From a virus, in IMG/VR virus record IMGVR_UViG_3300045988_110327, positions 18,057 through 82,056 of that record: 64,000 nucleotides of DNA; one strand, written 5' to 3'. Shown piece by piece: positions 19,334 to 29,511 of this stretch; positions within the stretch are counted from its first letter, which is position 1, and each line of letters opens with the position of its first letter. The notes beneath the pieces were generated by a model. It did no database searches and was not told the DNA's origin. It saw only the letters and a program-made list of their open reading frames with translations. A program made the translations under genes and the position numbers.

Positions 19334-19657
19334 ATGGCAAGAGGTTATTATTGGATACCACAAACAGATGAAACGTTAAATGGCATAAGCTATTACGTGG
19401 CTAAGGTAGTAGGAGATATCACATTTGATACCAAACGAAAAAGAATCGTATTTCAAGCTGATAGATATTTCCCTGTAGGATCTGTTTTCCATTTTACACA
19501 CAATTGCTTCAATTATATCATAACTTGCCGACTTCGCAAGCCAGGGCTTTGGTTTGAAGCCAGGAGAGAAGATTCGGGCCCTATTTGCCCTGAAGATATT
19601 GAACGTTTTGAATCGGGAAGGTTTATTCATAGAAATGGGTACAAATACAATGCATAA
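19334..19657 (+). CDS. hypothetical protein (~107 aa; MARGYYWIPQTDE...)
   Basis: Internal ATG of ORF 19262..19657 chosen because the ORF 5' part spans the terminator. Confidence 0.5.
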   Translation: MARGYYWIPQTDETLNGISYYVAKVVGDITFDTKRKRIVFQADRYFPVGSVFHFTHNCFNYIITCRLRKPGLWFEARREDSGPICPEDIERFESGRFIHRNGYKYNA

Positions 19658-19706
19658 GCGTAACTTGACGATTTGCGTCAGATTATAATTTTTTTTCATA
19701 TTATTT

Positions 19707-19746
19707 TTAAGCCATCAGACTGAGAAGTTAGATGGCTTAATTTTTT
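19707..19746 (+). terminator. terminator-like hairpin (10 bp stem UUAAGCCAUC/GAUGGCUUAA, 14 nt loop) + U6
   Basis: Perfect inverted repeat then TTTTTT; another small hairpin+T8 at ~19668-19700. Confidence 0.45.
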
Positions 19747-19798
19747 ATGATATGCTTGATTTTTGGCTACCTTTGTCTCATAACAAAAATGTTTTATC

Positions 19799-22700
19799 AT
19801 GGTATCAACGTGTATTATTAAAAGAGATAATAAAAAGAAAGTTGTTTCTGTCTCTACCAGATCAGGGGACAGGTCTATGTTATTCGATAAGATAGCATCT
19901 ATTCCTCTTATGGAAAATAGGGAACGGGCTACTACTGTTTTTAAAACCGTATTTTCTAATAAGTTCTTAAAGGCTTTTGGCGACTGGAGAAGGAATGTGC
20001 CTATCAACAAACAGGCTTACAATAAGGTAAAATCTAACATCGGCCTTATTCCAGAGACCTATAGAGAAAGGGTGCTGGATAAGGCTTCTAAGATGAGCAA
20101 CCCTATTCTTGTGTCGAAATCAGATGCACCTTATGGGATTCAAGAATCAGGCTTTGGATTCTATAGCCAAGATCTGGGTGATAATATTATGTTGGTGGAT
20201 GCTATGGTTCCGTCAAGTATCTCCGTGCCGGAAGAACCGGGAATAGACTCAGGGCAGTATCTACAAGATGCTATATCTTCGGACTTCACTCCCGTATCTA
20301 TGGTACAGGATAATGATGTTAATTATATGGTTATAAAAGACGGTCTTAAGATATTTAGTCCAGAAGAGCTACCAGAAACAGATTCTAATCCTGTGGGTGT
20401 AACGTATCAGACTGGAGAACCTCGTTTGTTTTTTATGAATGATCGTAATCAATTATTTGAAGATTACGGAGAAGCTCTTCGCTCTGGCGGGAATGATATC
20501 AGAATAGGATTCTTATCTGGCACCGTTCAAGAATCTGCCTGGGATGGCGTGGCAGACATTACTTACAAGGCTGGAAAGTATGTCCTTAACAACCCCAAAT
20601 CTTTTATACCTGTTATGACCGCCTCTGCTTCCACTTCTTTATCAACAAAAGGTGGGATAATAAACTACCTTATAAAGAAAGGTCTTTTGTCAGGATCCAA
20701 GATATTCGATCCGGAAACAAGAAGCTATTATCTTACAGGAGAAGGACATGCAGGACAAATTAGACTTTTCAATTCAGCCTTAGCTTATACCGAACTTCGT
20801 AATCATTTCAGTTCTGATGTTTCCATAAATGATCAAGGCATGATAACCATAAATTCATTGGATAATAGTAAGGTGACTATGAGACTCGCCACCGGAGGAA
20901 CAGAAAGAGTTAGCAAGGAGCAGATAAAGAGCGATCTTAAGTCTGGAAGATACAATGAATTGGATGCTAAATACGATCACTTTGATGCGCTTGTAGTTTC
21001 ATTTATATTAGAAGACAATGATCTTTATGCTGATACTAAAGCTAAGATAGTATCGGATTATAGCCAAGAGGAACGTAATCAACGAAATTCTATTGTTGAG
21101 ATACTGAAAACGCTGGGCGTTAGTGTCGTTGGCATGACCGATTATATAGAGAAGTACCAAACTAAATACGGACACGAACCTTCTGCTAAAGCATTGGCGG
21201 ATATTGCCAATAACGTAATAGCAGTCGGTGAAGATGCTACTTTGTCTGACTTAGTAGAAGAAACAGCCCACTTCCTTGTAGAGGCGTACAGAGATCAGAA
21301 TGCTGTTGAATCTGTTTTGCAAGACGTAGAAGGCACTGAAGAATGGAATCAGTATGCAAATCAGTATTATAATACATACGGTAAGGTATATGAAGGAACT
21401 GAACTTGACAATGTAGTTAGGAAAGAAATTCTTGGAAAGATCCTTGCCAGGGAGATGCAGGACAGAACGGCGCCCATAGAGCCCACCTCCTTCCTGGGAC
21501 GCGTCCGGCAGCTTCTCTCTGGAATCGTAAACTGGCTTAAATCAGCTTTATCTACCCAAAGACAAGATTTGAATAACGTTATTAAAAACATTCGTGATCT
21601 TGCTATTACCGACATAGATAAAGGATTTGATACTTCTCTTTTAAAGGATAATGATTTTACATTATACTCTCTTTCCTCTATGAACAAGAACAAGTTTCTT
21701 GAGTCTAAGATCCGGGCATTGAGAAAAACATTGAGAGACTTACGTCAGATAAGCTCTGATAGGGCTGTAACTACATCTATGACCCTTGCTCAGCTTAAGA
21801 CCATAGAAGATAAGATAAATAAGGTAGAGACCGAAATAGACAAAAATGAGATGGCGGCTGCCATGAATAGCATGATCTCCACAGCCGAAGCTCAGGTCAG
21901 ATACTTAAGCAATGTAGTAAATACTATCCTTCATGGTGATACCAAAGACGGTAAACTTCATTTCAATACCAATGATCGAAAGAACGTAGATATTATCAAC
22001 AATCAGGTTCTTCCGATCATGAACGATCTTCGAGGATATATCCGTAACAGAAGTACCGAATTTGACGAACGTGAAAAGCAAGATTATACAAATAGGATCA
22101 ATACCGTCATTGCCGACATCAATGGTATTCAGTCTGATATTAAATCAGTACAAGATCTTGATGAAAGTACGTTGCTTGACAAGTTAATGAACGAACTTCA
22201 TGTGCCGGCAGATAAGGTAAAGAAAGTAAAAGAGTTCTTTGATAAAGTTCAACACGATGTGTCCTGGATAAGTAGGTGGTTCGGTATATTAGAACATTCT
22301 TCCAGCCCGTTTAATAACGCTCTTGGAGCTATGATTGCCAAAGACAATTATAATGCGATGGTGAATGCCCAGCCAGCCATATCCGACTTCCTGGCATATG
22401 CGAAAAAACATGGTTTCAATAAATCTGAATTTGAAAAACTGCTTCAGAAAGTAGACGGCAAGACTTCTAATTATCTTCGTAGTGCTCTTGATATGGCTAA
22501 ATACGATCGTAATAAGAAGCTGGCGCAGATGCGAGCGTTTGCAACTGCCATGAACATAGAGATATCAGAAGAAGAAATCAATGATGTGGTTGACAATAAC
22601 CGTAATTATGTGTTTAAAAGAGAAGTAGTTGACAAGGACGGAAATACGGTTACTGAGAACGCTAAATTCAAACCTTCTTCTGATAGGGTTAATACCGACA

Positions 22701-25700
22701 TCTTTACCATCGAGCAGGAAAGGATTTATACAGAACAGATGGAGAAGTGGGATGCTGAAAATTCAGAACTGGAATTTAGTGAAAGTTATGCCACAAGAAT
22801 GGAATCCATATACAAAAAGGCTGAAGAAGAATTGGGGTATCCGGTTTCTCAAACAACTAAAGAATATCTTAATGCTCTTTCCCGGCAAAAACGGATATTG
22901 AGGCAACCTTTTATTGATAGCAATGGTAATTTTGATGAAGTTGCTTACTTCAAGAGCAGTAATTATGAAGAAGAAGGACTGCTTCGTAAACAACGTAAGG
23001 AAGCAGCTTCAGAATACATATATGTAGGAACCAGAAGAGTCGATAAAACCGGTGATCAACTCAAGATGGCCAAAGAAATACAAGCTATAAATGAAGTATG
23101 GAGAAAAGAATCAAATAATGTTACTAATGCCGTATCAGAATCATTTTTGGAAAGATTGAGAACGATTCAGCGTGAGTCTGGAGGGGAGGCTGCACTGAGA
23201 ACGCTTATGTTAGGAGGACACCTGGCTTTTAATGATCAGTTTTGGAATGATATAGAGTCAGATCAGTCGGCACGCACCGAATCAAACAACAAGGCTTCGT
23301 ATCTTAAAATGGCGCATGATATCATTAATTCTACGACAAGTGATAGAGATGCGACAGACGTAGAAGCTATTGTGAAAGATATAGAAAAAAACAGGGCTAT
23401 CATCAAGGAAATAATTGGGAATAACCGCGATGTGGCTGACATCGGAGAAATCAATGAAGCGACATTTACCTCATCTGAAAGAGATGCTTTTAGGGCTGCA
23501 TCTGAAGCTATTGAAACCGATTACGCTATTTTAATAGATTATGCTAAGATGGTGGGTCTTGAAGATATTGATAAATACCTTACTAAAAGCAGTAAGGCTG
23601 AAAACGAAGTCAATCAATCTTATTTAAATGCTCTTGCTGACTCCAAGGAAGTGGAATGGAAGTTTGTGCAACGTCATACTACGGCAAAGAAAGCAAAAAG
23701 GATTCAAGCCTTAAGGGATAAACTATTTAAGGCTGCTGATAACCGATATTTGTTTACTGTATCTGAAACCAACTACTTGTCAGAAAAGCTTGGAATAAGC
23801 AAAGAATTAGACGGTAGAGATTTTAGGAATGCTGTCAATACTAAGATGGCCAGCTTGTTTTTAAATAACACAAGAGAATCAGGTATAGAAGAGGCTAATG
23901 CTATTGTTAATGAATTTGCCAGAAGTCAAGTCTTTTCATATTACAAACGCATGGCTCCTACCGGATATGCGGCTATGCTTGGTAAAATAGGTCGAGGTGA
24001 GATAGACGTGGCACAGATGGTTAAAGACATACAGAACGGGACATCCACACAAGATTATGGTATGAATATATCGTACCTGTCTTTCGACCCTGCAAGAGCG
24101 TGGGTGGCTGAATCTGAAGCTGAAAATAGCGGTCGTAACCCAGATTATGTAAAAGATCATGGGTATGGTTATCGTATGCCCAAGAAGAGCCTGTATCGTG
24201 ATGAATCGTATTTCAATGACTTCGGCATTAGATATGATGCTGATGGTAATGAGATTGCTACTAAAAACGTAGAGCAATGGAATATGATTCAAAAACTTAA
24301 GGAAATAAAAAGACAATCCCTTTCCTTATACAAAGAGCAGAGCCCCAATTTGTATGCTATTCCACAGATATCCAAACAAGATATAGAACGTATGGAGGGA
24401 TTGGGTATCAACTTCAAAAATACGGTTCGTAATTTTGTATCAGATCTCTGTCTGGACAGAGTAGACGATTCTCTATACGGTAAAACCAGACAAGGGGAAG
24501 TATATGATCCAGAAGATAGGATTAGGTCTATACCTAAATACTACATATATGAATTAGAGAACCAAGATGACGTATCTCATGATTTTGGTTATTCTTATTC
24601 GATGCTTATGATGCAATCATCGTTATACAACGAAAAGCAGAAGTCTATAGAGCTTGCCCAAGGACTGGAGCAGATGTTACTGAATAAGCAATTTGAAGGC
24701 GGTAAGAAAGCTGAGGCAACTCAAGCATACCAGATGTTTAGAGACTTCTTTAATGACCATTATTATGGCATTAGGATGAACACCAAGAAACTTACGGTTA
24801 ACATCGGTGGATACACGATAGATCTTACAAGAATTATGATGGCCGTTGAAAGGTTTATGTCGGTCATGAACTTAGCGCTGTCCCCGTTTGTGGCAGCTAC
24901 CGGCGCTCTGACAGGTCATATTAACCTCATCATGGAATCTGCCGTAGGACAATATATAAGCAAAGATTCCCTTAAATATGCATCGGCTGAGTTTTCACGT
25001 CTTGCGCCATCTTGTATAGCAGAAACCGGAGACATAGATAGAAAAAGCAAATTATATGTCATAGGTGAGAGAATGGGGATATTCAATATCCGAAATCGTA
25101 TGTATGGTGCCGGATATAATAGGGTGGCCCGGACCTTAATGCGTTCACCGATGTATGCTTTTATGGAAATCATGAACTACCCTCTTGATCCGCAGGTTAT
25201 GATCGCTACTATGGATAACGTTCGTTATTACAAAGGTCGGTTCTACACGTTCCAGGATTTCAAGATGGAAAAAGAACGTGGTAAAGAACAGAGCACCATA
25301 AAAAGAGAATGGGATGCATTAAAAGATCGTACTTTATGGAGTATGGTAGATGTCGTAGACGGCAAGGTGGTTGTGAAACCAGGATCGGGTGTTACTGTTG
25401 AGGAGGTTGAAACTCAGATGGCTATAACCCGAAATCAGGTTCGTAGCCTGTCTCAGATATGTAACGGATCTTTGAATGAAGAAAACCGGACCGCCGCATC
25501 CCGCAACTGGATAGCCAGGTTCATGACTGCCCACCGAGGATGGCTGGTGCTGGCGGCTCAACGTCTGTGGAAAAGAAGGGGATTCAATTTCCAGACAATG
25601 CAAGAAGAGGAAGGGCTGTCAATTACGTTAAAGAATATGATAGCTAAAACATTTAGCTTAGCTTCCGAGCCTGGTATGAAAAATATCATAGATGCCTGGA

Positions 25701-26215
25701 ACGAAAATAAAGATAAGATGGGTGAGGTGGAAAAGACTAATCTTAAACGCCTCAGTGTTTATGCCGGCACGTTCCTCATCATGCAGGCCGTGTCTATGCT
25801 TCTTGCCGGATGGCGTGATGATGATGAAAACGAGGAAAGCTGGCTTACTCAATTCGGATCTTATGTAGGATTTAGAACCATAAATGAAATAGCTTCACAG
25901 ATGCCGTTTATTATGGAGCTTAATGTGGTGGATATCATTAATGACCCATTTGTCATGGGACGGAAACTGAAGGATCTCACCGATCTCAGGAACTACTCAC
26001 TTGATAAAGTAACATCTGGTACATATAAAGGTGAGTCTAAGTTATTTAGACAACTCGCTAAACAGACGTTTATCAAACAATGGTATAACATTAAGACGCC
26101 GGAAGACGTAGCACGTGCCTATAACTGGTGGCAGCAGACGAACAACAAGTCAATGATGTTTTTCATCGGTGCCACTCCTGATTCAGAAGGAGACGATGAT
26201 GTGAGCTACAAGTAG
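19799..26215 (+). CDS. giant virion protein, 2138 aa; size and position match the virion-packaged RNA polymerase-like giant proteins of crAss-like phages; two DxDGN motifs (VDKDGNT, YDADGNE)
   Basis: 6.4 kb uninterrupted ORF; motif interpretation speculative. Confidence 0.85.
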   Translation: MVSTCIIKRDNKKKVVSVSTRSGDRSMLFDKIASIPLMENRERATTVFKTVFSNKFLKAFGDWRRNVPINKQAYNKVKSNIGLIPETYRERVLDKASKMSNPILVSKSDAPYGIQESGFGFYSQDLGDNIMLVDAMVPSSISVPEEPGIDSGQYLQDAISSDFTPVSMVQDNDVNYMVIKDGLKIFSPEELPETDSNPVGVTYQTGEPRLFFMNDRNQLFEDYGEALRSGGNDIRIGFLSGTVQESAWDGVADITYKAGKYVLNNPKSFIPVMTASASTSLSTKGGIINYLIKKGLLSGSKIFDPETRSYYLTGEGHAGQIRLFNSALAYTELRNHFSSDVSINDQGMITINSLDNSKVTMRLATGGTERVSKEQIKSDLKSGRYNELDAKYDHFDALVVSFILEDNDLYADTKAKIVSDYSQEERNQRNSIVEILKTLGVSVVGMTDYIEKYQTKYGHEPSAKALADIANNVIAVGEDATLSDLVEETAHFLVEAYRDQNAVESVLQDVEGTEEWNQYANQYYNTYGKVYEGTELDNVVRKEILGKILAREMQDRTAPIEPTSFLGRVRQLLSGIVNWLKSALSTQRQDLNNVIKNIRDLAITDIDKGFDTSLLKDNDFTLYSLSSMNKNKFLESKIRALRKTLRDLRQISSDRAVTTSMTLAQLKTIEDKINKVETEIDKNEMAAAMNSMISTAEAQVRYLSNVVNTILHGDTKDGKLHFNTNDRKNVDIINNQVLPIMNDLRGYIRNRSTEFDEREKQDYTNRINTVIADINGIQSDIKSVQDLDESTLLDKLMNELHVPADKVKKVKEFFDKVQHDVSWISRWFGILEHSSSPFNNALGAMIAKDNYNAMVNAQPAISDFLAYAKKHGFNKSEFEKLLQKVDGKTSNYLRSALDMAKYDRNKKLAQMRAFATAMNIEISEEEINDVVDNNRNYVFKREVVDKDGNTVTENAKFKPSSDRVNTDIFTIEQERIYTEQMEKWDAENSELEFSESYATRMESIYKKAEEELGYPVSQTTKEYLNALSRQKRILRQPFIDSNGNFDEVAYFKSSNYEEEGLLRKQRKEAASEYIYVGTRRVDKTGDQLKMAKEIQAINEVWRKESNNVTNAVSESFLERLRTIQRESGGEAALRTLMLGGHLAFNDQFWNDIESDQSARTESNNKASYLKMAHDIINSTTSDRDATDVEAIVKDIEKNRAIIKEIIGNNRDVADIGEINEATFTSSERDAFRAASEAIETDYAILIDYAKMVGLEDIDKYLTKSSKAENEVNQSYLNALADSKEVEWKFVQRHTTAKKAKRIQALRDKLFKAADNRYLFTVSETNYLSEKLGISKELDGRDFRNAVNTKMASLFLNNTRESGIEEANAIVNEFARSQVFSYYKRMAPTGYAAMLGKIGRGEIDVAQMVKDIQNGTSTQDYGMNISYLSFDPARAWVAESEAENSGRNPDYVKDHGYGYRMPKKSLYRDESYFNDFGIRYDADGNEIATKNVEQWNMIQKLKEIKRQSLSLYKEQSPNLYAIPQISKQDIERMEGLGINFKNTVRNFVSDLCLDRVDDSLYGKTRQGEVYDPEDRIRSIPKYYIYELENQDDVSHDFGYSYSMLMMQSSLYNEKQKSIELAQGLEQMLLNKQFEGGKKAEATQAYQMFRDFFNDHYYGIRMNTKKLTVNIGGYTIDLTRIMMAVERFMSVMNLALSPFVAATGALTGHINLIMESAVGQYISKDSLKYASAEFSRLAPSCIAETGDIDRKSKLYVIGERMGIFNIRNRMYGAGYNRVARTLMRSPMYAFMEIMNYPLDPQVMIATMDNVRYYKGRFYTFQDFKMEKERGKEQSTIKREWDALKDRTLWSMVDVVDGKVVVKPGSGVTVEEVETQMAITRNQVRSLSQICNGSLNEENRTAASRNWIARFMTAHRGWLVLAAQRLWKRRGFNFQTMQEEEGLSITLKNMIAKTFSLASEPGMKNIIDAWNENKDKMGEVEKTNLKRLSVYAGTFLIMQAVSMLLAGWRDDDENEESWLTQFGSYVGFRTINEIASQMPFIMELNVVDIINDPFVMGRKLKDLTDLRNYSLDKVTSGTYKGESKLFRQLAKQTFIKQWYNIKTPEDVARAYNWWQQTNNKSMMFFIGATPDSEGDDDVSYK

Positions 26216-26353
26216 ACGAAGAATATTGGGCTTATATTACTACAATATGGCTCTAATATGCTATCTTAGCATTGTCAAAGAGTAGACTATACGTTTTTTT
26301 GTTCTTACTTTAAAGGTTATGTAGGTTTAATTTTTTCTGAAATTGTTTTCTTA

Positions 26354-26396
26354 CCAGTTCTCAGTCAGCGATGATAGAGAACTGGTTTCTTTTGTT
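26354..26396 (+). terminator. terminator-like hairpin (CCAGUUCUC/GAGAACUGG, 14 nt loop) + UUUCUUUUGUU at the convergence point
   Basis: 9 bp perfect stem and T-rich tail ~140 nt after stop of giant gene. Confidence 0.45.
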
Positions 26397-26568
26397 ATGA
26401 AAAAAAATGCTATCTTGCAAAAAAATAAGGTGATTATATACAACTTTACACCATATTTTATAGATACTATACATATAATAAAGACAATAAGTGATTTTGT
26501 TGCACCTGATACTTACTTAAAAGGAATATGAGAAGAAGATTTGAAACATCATTAAAAATATATGAATA

Positions 26569-26814
26569 TCAAATAGTTAGCAACTGTATAGGGGGGGGGT
26601 AATCATTGATGATGAAATAGTCGGTACCGTTCCACAAAGTGGTGTATTTACCTTTCTTTCTATAAAACAACGTCTGGGTTCTATAAGTATCCAAGGAGGA
26701 GTCCCATCTAATACAAAAGAGACTATCAGCGAACAAACAGAATCTACGAAAGAGCTTGTAGAGAAGGATGACATTAAACTTAGGTATATAATTACCTAAA
26801 ACAAAATACCTCAT
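26569..26814 (-). CDS. questionable small ORF (81 aa) traversing a C9 homopolymer
   Basis: Overlaps alternative-frame ORF 26577..26774; both read through G9/C9 run at 26591-26599. Confidence 0.25.
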   Translation of the reverse strand: MRYFVLGNYIPKFNVILLYKLFRRFCLFADSLFCIRWDSSLDTYRTQTLFYRKKGKYTTLWNGTDYFIINDYPPPIQLLTI

Positions 26815-26821
26815 ATTATTT

Positions 26822-27013
26822 TCAGCATAAAAATTTGTAACCTGGTTTTACGGCCTCTGCTTCTTCTCTCGTATCAAACATTAAGGTAGTGACAGCTCCT
26901 ATGCCTTCACAAACGTAAGATACTTTCACCCACCACCTAAAAATCCCAGAGCCGTAATCATCATAGTACGGCTCAGAAAGAACCTCTTCTACGTACCCAT
27001 CTAAGTAATTCAT
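26822..27013 (-). CDS. small hypothetical protein, 63 aa (last gene of minus-strand block)
   Basis: ORF; 4 nt overlap with upstream gene. Confidence 0.45.
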   Translation of the reverse strand: MNYLDGYVEEVLSEPYYDDYGSGIFRWWVKVSYVCEGIGAVTTLMFDTREEAEAVKPGYKFLC

Positions 27014-27726
27014 GATCGTTCCTCCTTGTTTTTAGGTTCTGCCTCTTCGAGTATGCTGATCACCTTGTCAACAATATCCGAATCAGACATTTTCTCAATA
27101 AAAACATCCATTGCCTTAGTTATGTCATTGGCTTCTTTTTCTTCAAGAGCTATTTCTCCACCGGTAATAGCATCAGACAATGATGTAGATAAGTGTCTTA
27201 TCTTATCAATGCTCATAAACGTAAATGGATTACCACCCAAGCCTCCACCCATTTCTTTCATGATCTGATATCCACCTGAGATAAGTCTGCCTGATGTCGT
27301 GGCCAAGGAGGATACGATTAGGGACAGTACCGCCGCTTCCGTCCGCTCCTCGGACACACCCCTCGACCACACGGCTGCCCTTATAGCGCCGGCCAGATCG
27401 TCTATGTATGGCATGAGGCAATCTTCCATCGCTTGTGTTATATCAGCTATAACCTCACTACGCTCTTTATTTATGTAGTAGATAGAAGTATTGTACCTCT
27501 TTATCTCTTTGTCCATATCATTTAAAAGACGCTTGATATTGTGCTTATACATAGGACTGGTTTTAATTACTTCCTTTAGCTTAAGAATGTAATTATAAGC
27601 CTGGTCATTTACGAACAACGTCATGGTCTCAACCGTTGAATGAAGCGTGTTGAGGCTGTTAAGAATCTTATCGAAATTGTTTATCAAATAAGCTTTTCTG
27701 GCTTTTGCTGCGTAGTTAATCATCAC
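27010..27726 (-). CDS. hypothetical protein, 238 aa
   Basis: ORF in tightly packed minus-strand string. Confidence 0.65.
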   Translation of the reverse strand: MMINYAAKARKAYLINNFDKILNSLNTLHSTVETMTLFVNDQAYNYILKLKEVIKTSPMYKHNIKRLLNDMDKEIKRYNTSIYYINKERSEVIADITQAMEDCLMPYIDDLAGAIRAAVWSRGVSEERTEAAVLSLIVSSLATTSGRLISGGYQIMKEMGGGLGGNPFTFMSIDKIRHLSTSLSDAITGGEIALEEKEANDITKAMDVFIEKMSDSDIVDKVISILEEAEPKNKEERS

Positions 27727-28246
27727 ATTCGAATTTTAGATTTTCAAGTTCATTCAATTGTTTCTTAGTCAATTCGATCAGGTACGTTCTCCGTTCCTCT
27801 GCATGTTTTAAAGCTTCTTCTTTGCTCTCAAAAGCATCCCTTCCTATTTCATAAGGAGTGATCCTATCAGGAATGTCGGCTAACAAAAGACCACCATACT
27901 CTTCTATTTTAGCTTTTACTTTTCTTATTATACCGTCTCTCATGCACGCATCTGTAATCCATATAAACCTATCACATTCTTCTAATTCCCTTTCGTACAA
28001 TTCATACCATTCTGGTTTAGGAAATCTTAATGTAAATCTAATCTCGGTATCTTTTTCTAAGACATTAATATCATACGCCTCCGGCCACAGTTCTTTTATG
28101 CTGTCTTCATCTTCAGCATACGCTACCAATACAAATGAATTACTGGATTCTGCGCTACACCAATATGGATATTTTATAGGCCATTTGACTGGACGGTAAT
28201 CATTGTCACAGTCATCCTTTCTAATGTAAAATCTTGCTCTAATCAT
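27716..28246 (-). CDS. hypothetical protein, 176 aa
   Basis: ORF; overlapping ends with neighbours. Confidence 0.65.
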   Translation of the reverse strand: MIRARFYIRKDDCDNDYRPVKWPIKYPYWCSAESSNSFVLVAYAEDEDSIKELWPEAYDINVLEKDTEIRFTLRFPKPEWYELYERELEECDRFIWITDACMRDGIIRKVKAKIEEYGGLLLADIPDRITPYEIGRDAFESKEEALKHAEERRTYLIELTKKQLNELENLKFECDD

Positions 28247-28247
28247 G

Positions 28248-28556
28248 TTATTCTACTTTTTTGATTTCGCTCAAATCGTCTTCATACACCAAATAAGATC
28301 CTCTTCCAGGTCTTCCTTCTTTATTAGTTTTCTGGATTGTAAATATAACTGTTCCAGTATTCGTGATTTGCACGCTCTTAAAGAAACCAACAATAGGCTC
28401 TTTCGAACGTTTGTAAAGAACACTCACTTTATCTCCCTTCTTTAACCCATAAACAGAATCGAAATATTCCTTTTTAATTCTTTCAATATTACTTCTATGT
28501 TTGTTCATTGCATCAAACTCGTCGTCTAACAGTTGAATCATTTGTTCTTTTGTCAT
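28248..28556 (-). CDS. hypothetical protein, 102 aa
   Basis: ORF. Confidence 0.6.
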   Translation of the reverse strand: MTKEQMIQLLDDEFDAMNKHRSNIERIKKEYFDSVYGLKKGDKVSVLYKRSKEPIVGFFKSVQITNTGTVIFTIQKTNKEGRPGRGSYLVYEDDLSEIKKVE

Positions 28557-29119
28557 TTCTTTTCCTCCTTATTTAATGGTATTAACCCTTTTCCGTGCTT
28601 ATCATACCACAGCATAGTTATAACATTCCATGCAGCCGCAGCTAAATGGTGCACGTTCGTCTCTTTATCCATTCTCTCTCCTTTCAGGTATGCCATTATA
28701 TGTCTGGCAGCCGCCGCACGGTACCGTTCAAAGCCGTTGTCAAGATCCTGCCAAGTATTAGGACCATATTTCTTGGCTCCGGCATGATAGACTCTTACAA
28801 TATCTTCAATCTCTTCCATCGGAAGCAAATCCCATCGTAGTTTGTCGTCAATGATGTCATTTTTCACTGATTTTATTGAAGTACTTTTTTCTGGATCTCC
28901 TATACGAATAAGTTTCATAATGTCTGTTTCTATAATAATTGCGTCTCCATTGTAATAAACTTCAGCAAACTTGTCATTTTCTTTTATGTTTGTTGCTGAA
29001 GTCACTAAAGATCCTTTGTATATTATAGTGTTTTTATTTATCTTATCATCTTTCAGTGTTTGAAAAATAGATCCTTTTGGATAAAGGATGTTTTTAGTAT
29101 TATTGTCCATTTTTTCCAT
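28553..29119 (-). CDS. protein with MazG-like / dATP-dGTP diphosphohydrolase-like domain (188 aa)
   Basis: RWDLLPMEEIEDIVRVYHAGAKKYGPNTWQDL...YRAAAARH...GE..D.E...HHLAAAAWNV resembles the all-alpha NTP pyrophosphohydrolase domain seen in phages. Confidence 0.4.
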   Translation of the reverse strand: MEKMDNNTKNILYPKGSIFQTLKDDKINKNTIIYKGSLVTSATNIKENDKFAEVYYNGDAIIIETDIMKLIRIGDPEKSTSIKSVKNDIIDDKLRWDLLPMEEIEDIVRVYHAGAKKYGPNTWQDLDNGFERYRAAAARHIMAYLKGERMDKETNVHHLAAAAWNVITMLWYDKHGKGLIPLNKEEKK

Positions 29120-29163
29120 CGTTTTATCGTTGTTTTAATCAATTAGTATAATGATATAGTCCA

Positions 29164-29511
29164 TTATTTTTCTTCTTCGCCTATAAAGCGATCAAATTCT
29201 TCTCCGCTCATAACAATGCGGTTAATGATAATTATGCCGTTATTGCTATAATCATCATCTTTAACTCCCATATCATCAAGCTCCTTCTTTAATTCTTCAA
29301 ATGTGGGACCTGTCTTGCCTTTAAAAAATAAAGTAGCATGTACAACCTTTCCGTTGTTTAGTTTTACTCTCACGGTATAGACATATCCTTTTTCCTCTTC
29401 ATCCTTTTTGTTGACACCATCAAGGATGCTATTTATCATGTTCTTATCCTCACGTGATAGGTTAGATATGGCTATTCTGCCCTTCAACCTAAATATTTCG
29501 TTTTCGTTCAT
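29164..29511 (-). CDS. hypothetical protein, 115 aa
   Basis: ORF. Confidence 0.55.
   Translation of the reverse strand: MNENEIFRLKGRIAISNLSREDKNMINSILDGVNKKDEEEKGYVYTVRVKLNNGKVVHATLFFKGKTGPTFEELKKELDDMGVKDDDYSNNGIIIINRIVMSGEEFDRFIGEEEK

Noticed and set aside
19696-20010. 104 aa minus-strand ORF overlapping the start of the 2138 aa gene
   Set aside because: It is antisense to the terminator region and the 5' end of a strongly supported giant gene in an all-plus-strand block.
26343-26531. 62 aa plus-strand ORF after the giant gene
   Set aside because: Its 5' end spans the terminator-like hairpin at 26354-26396, with no SD and an AT-rich sequence. It is likely spurious.
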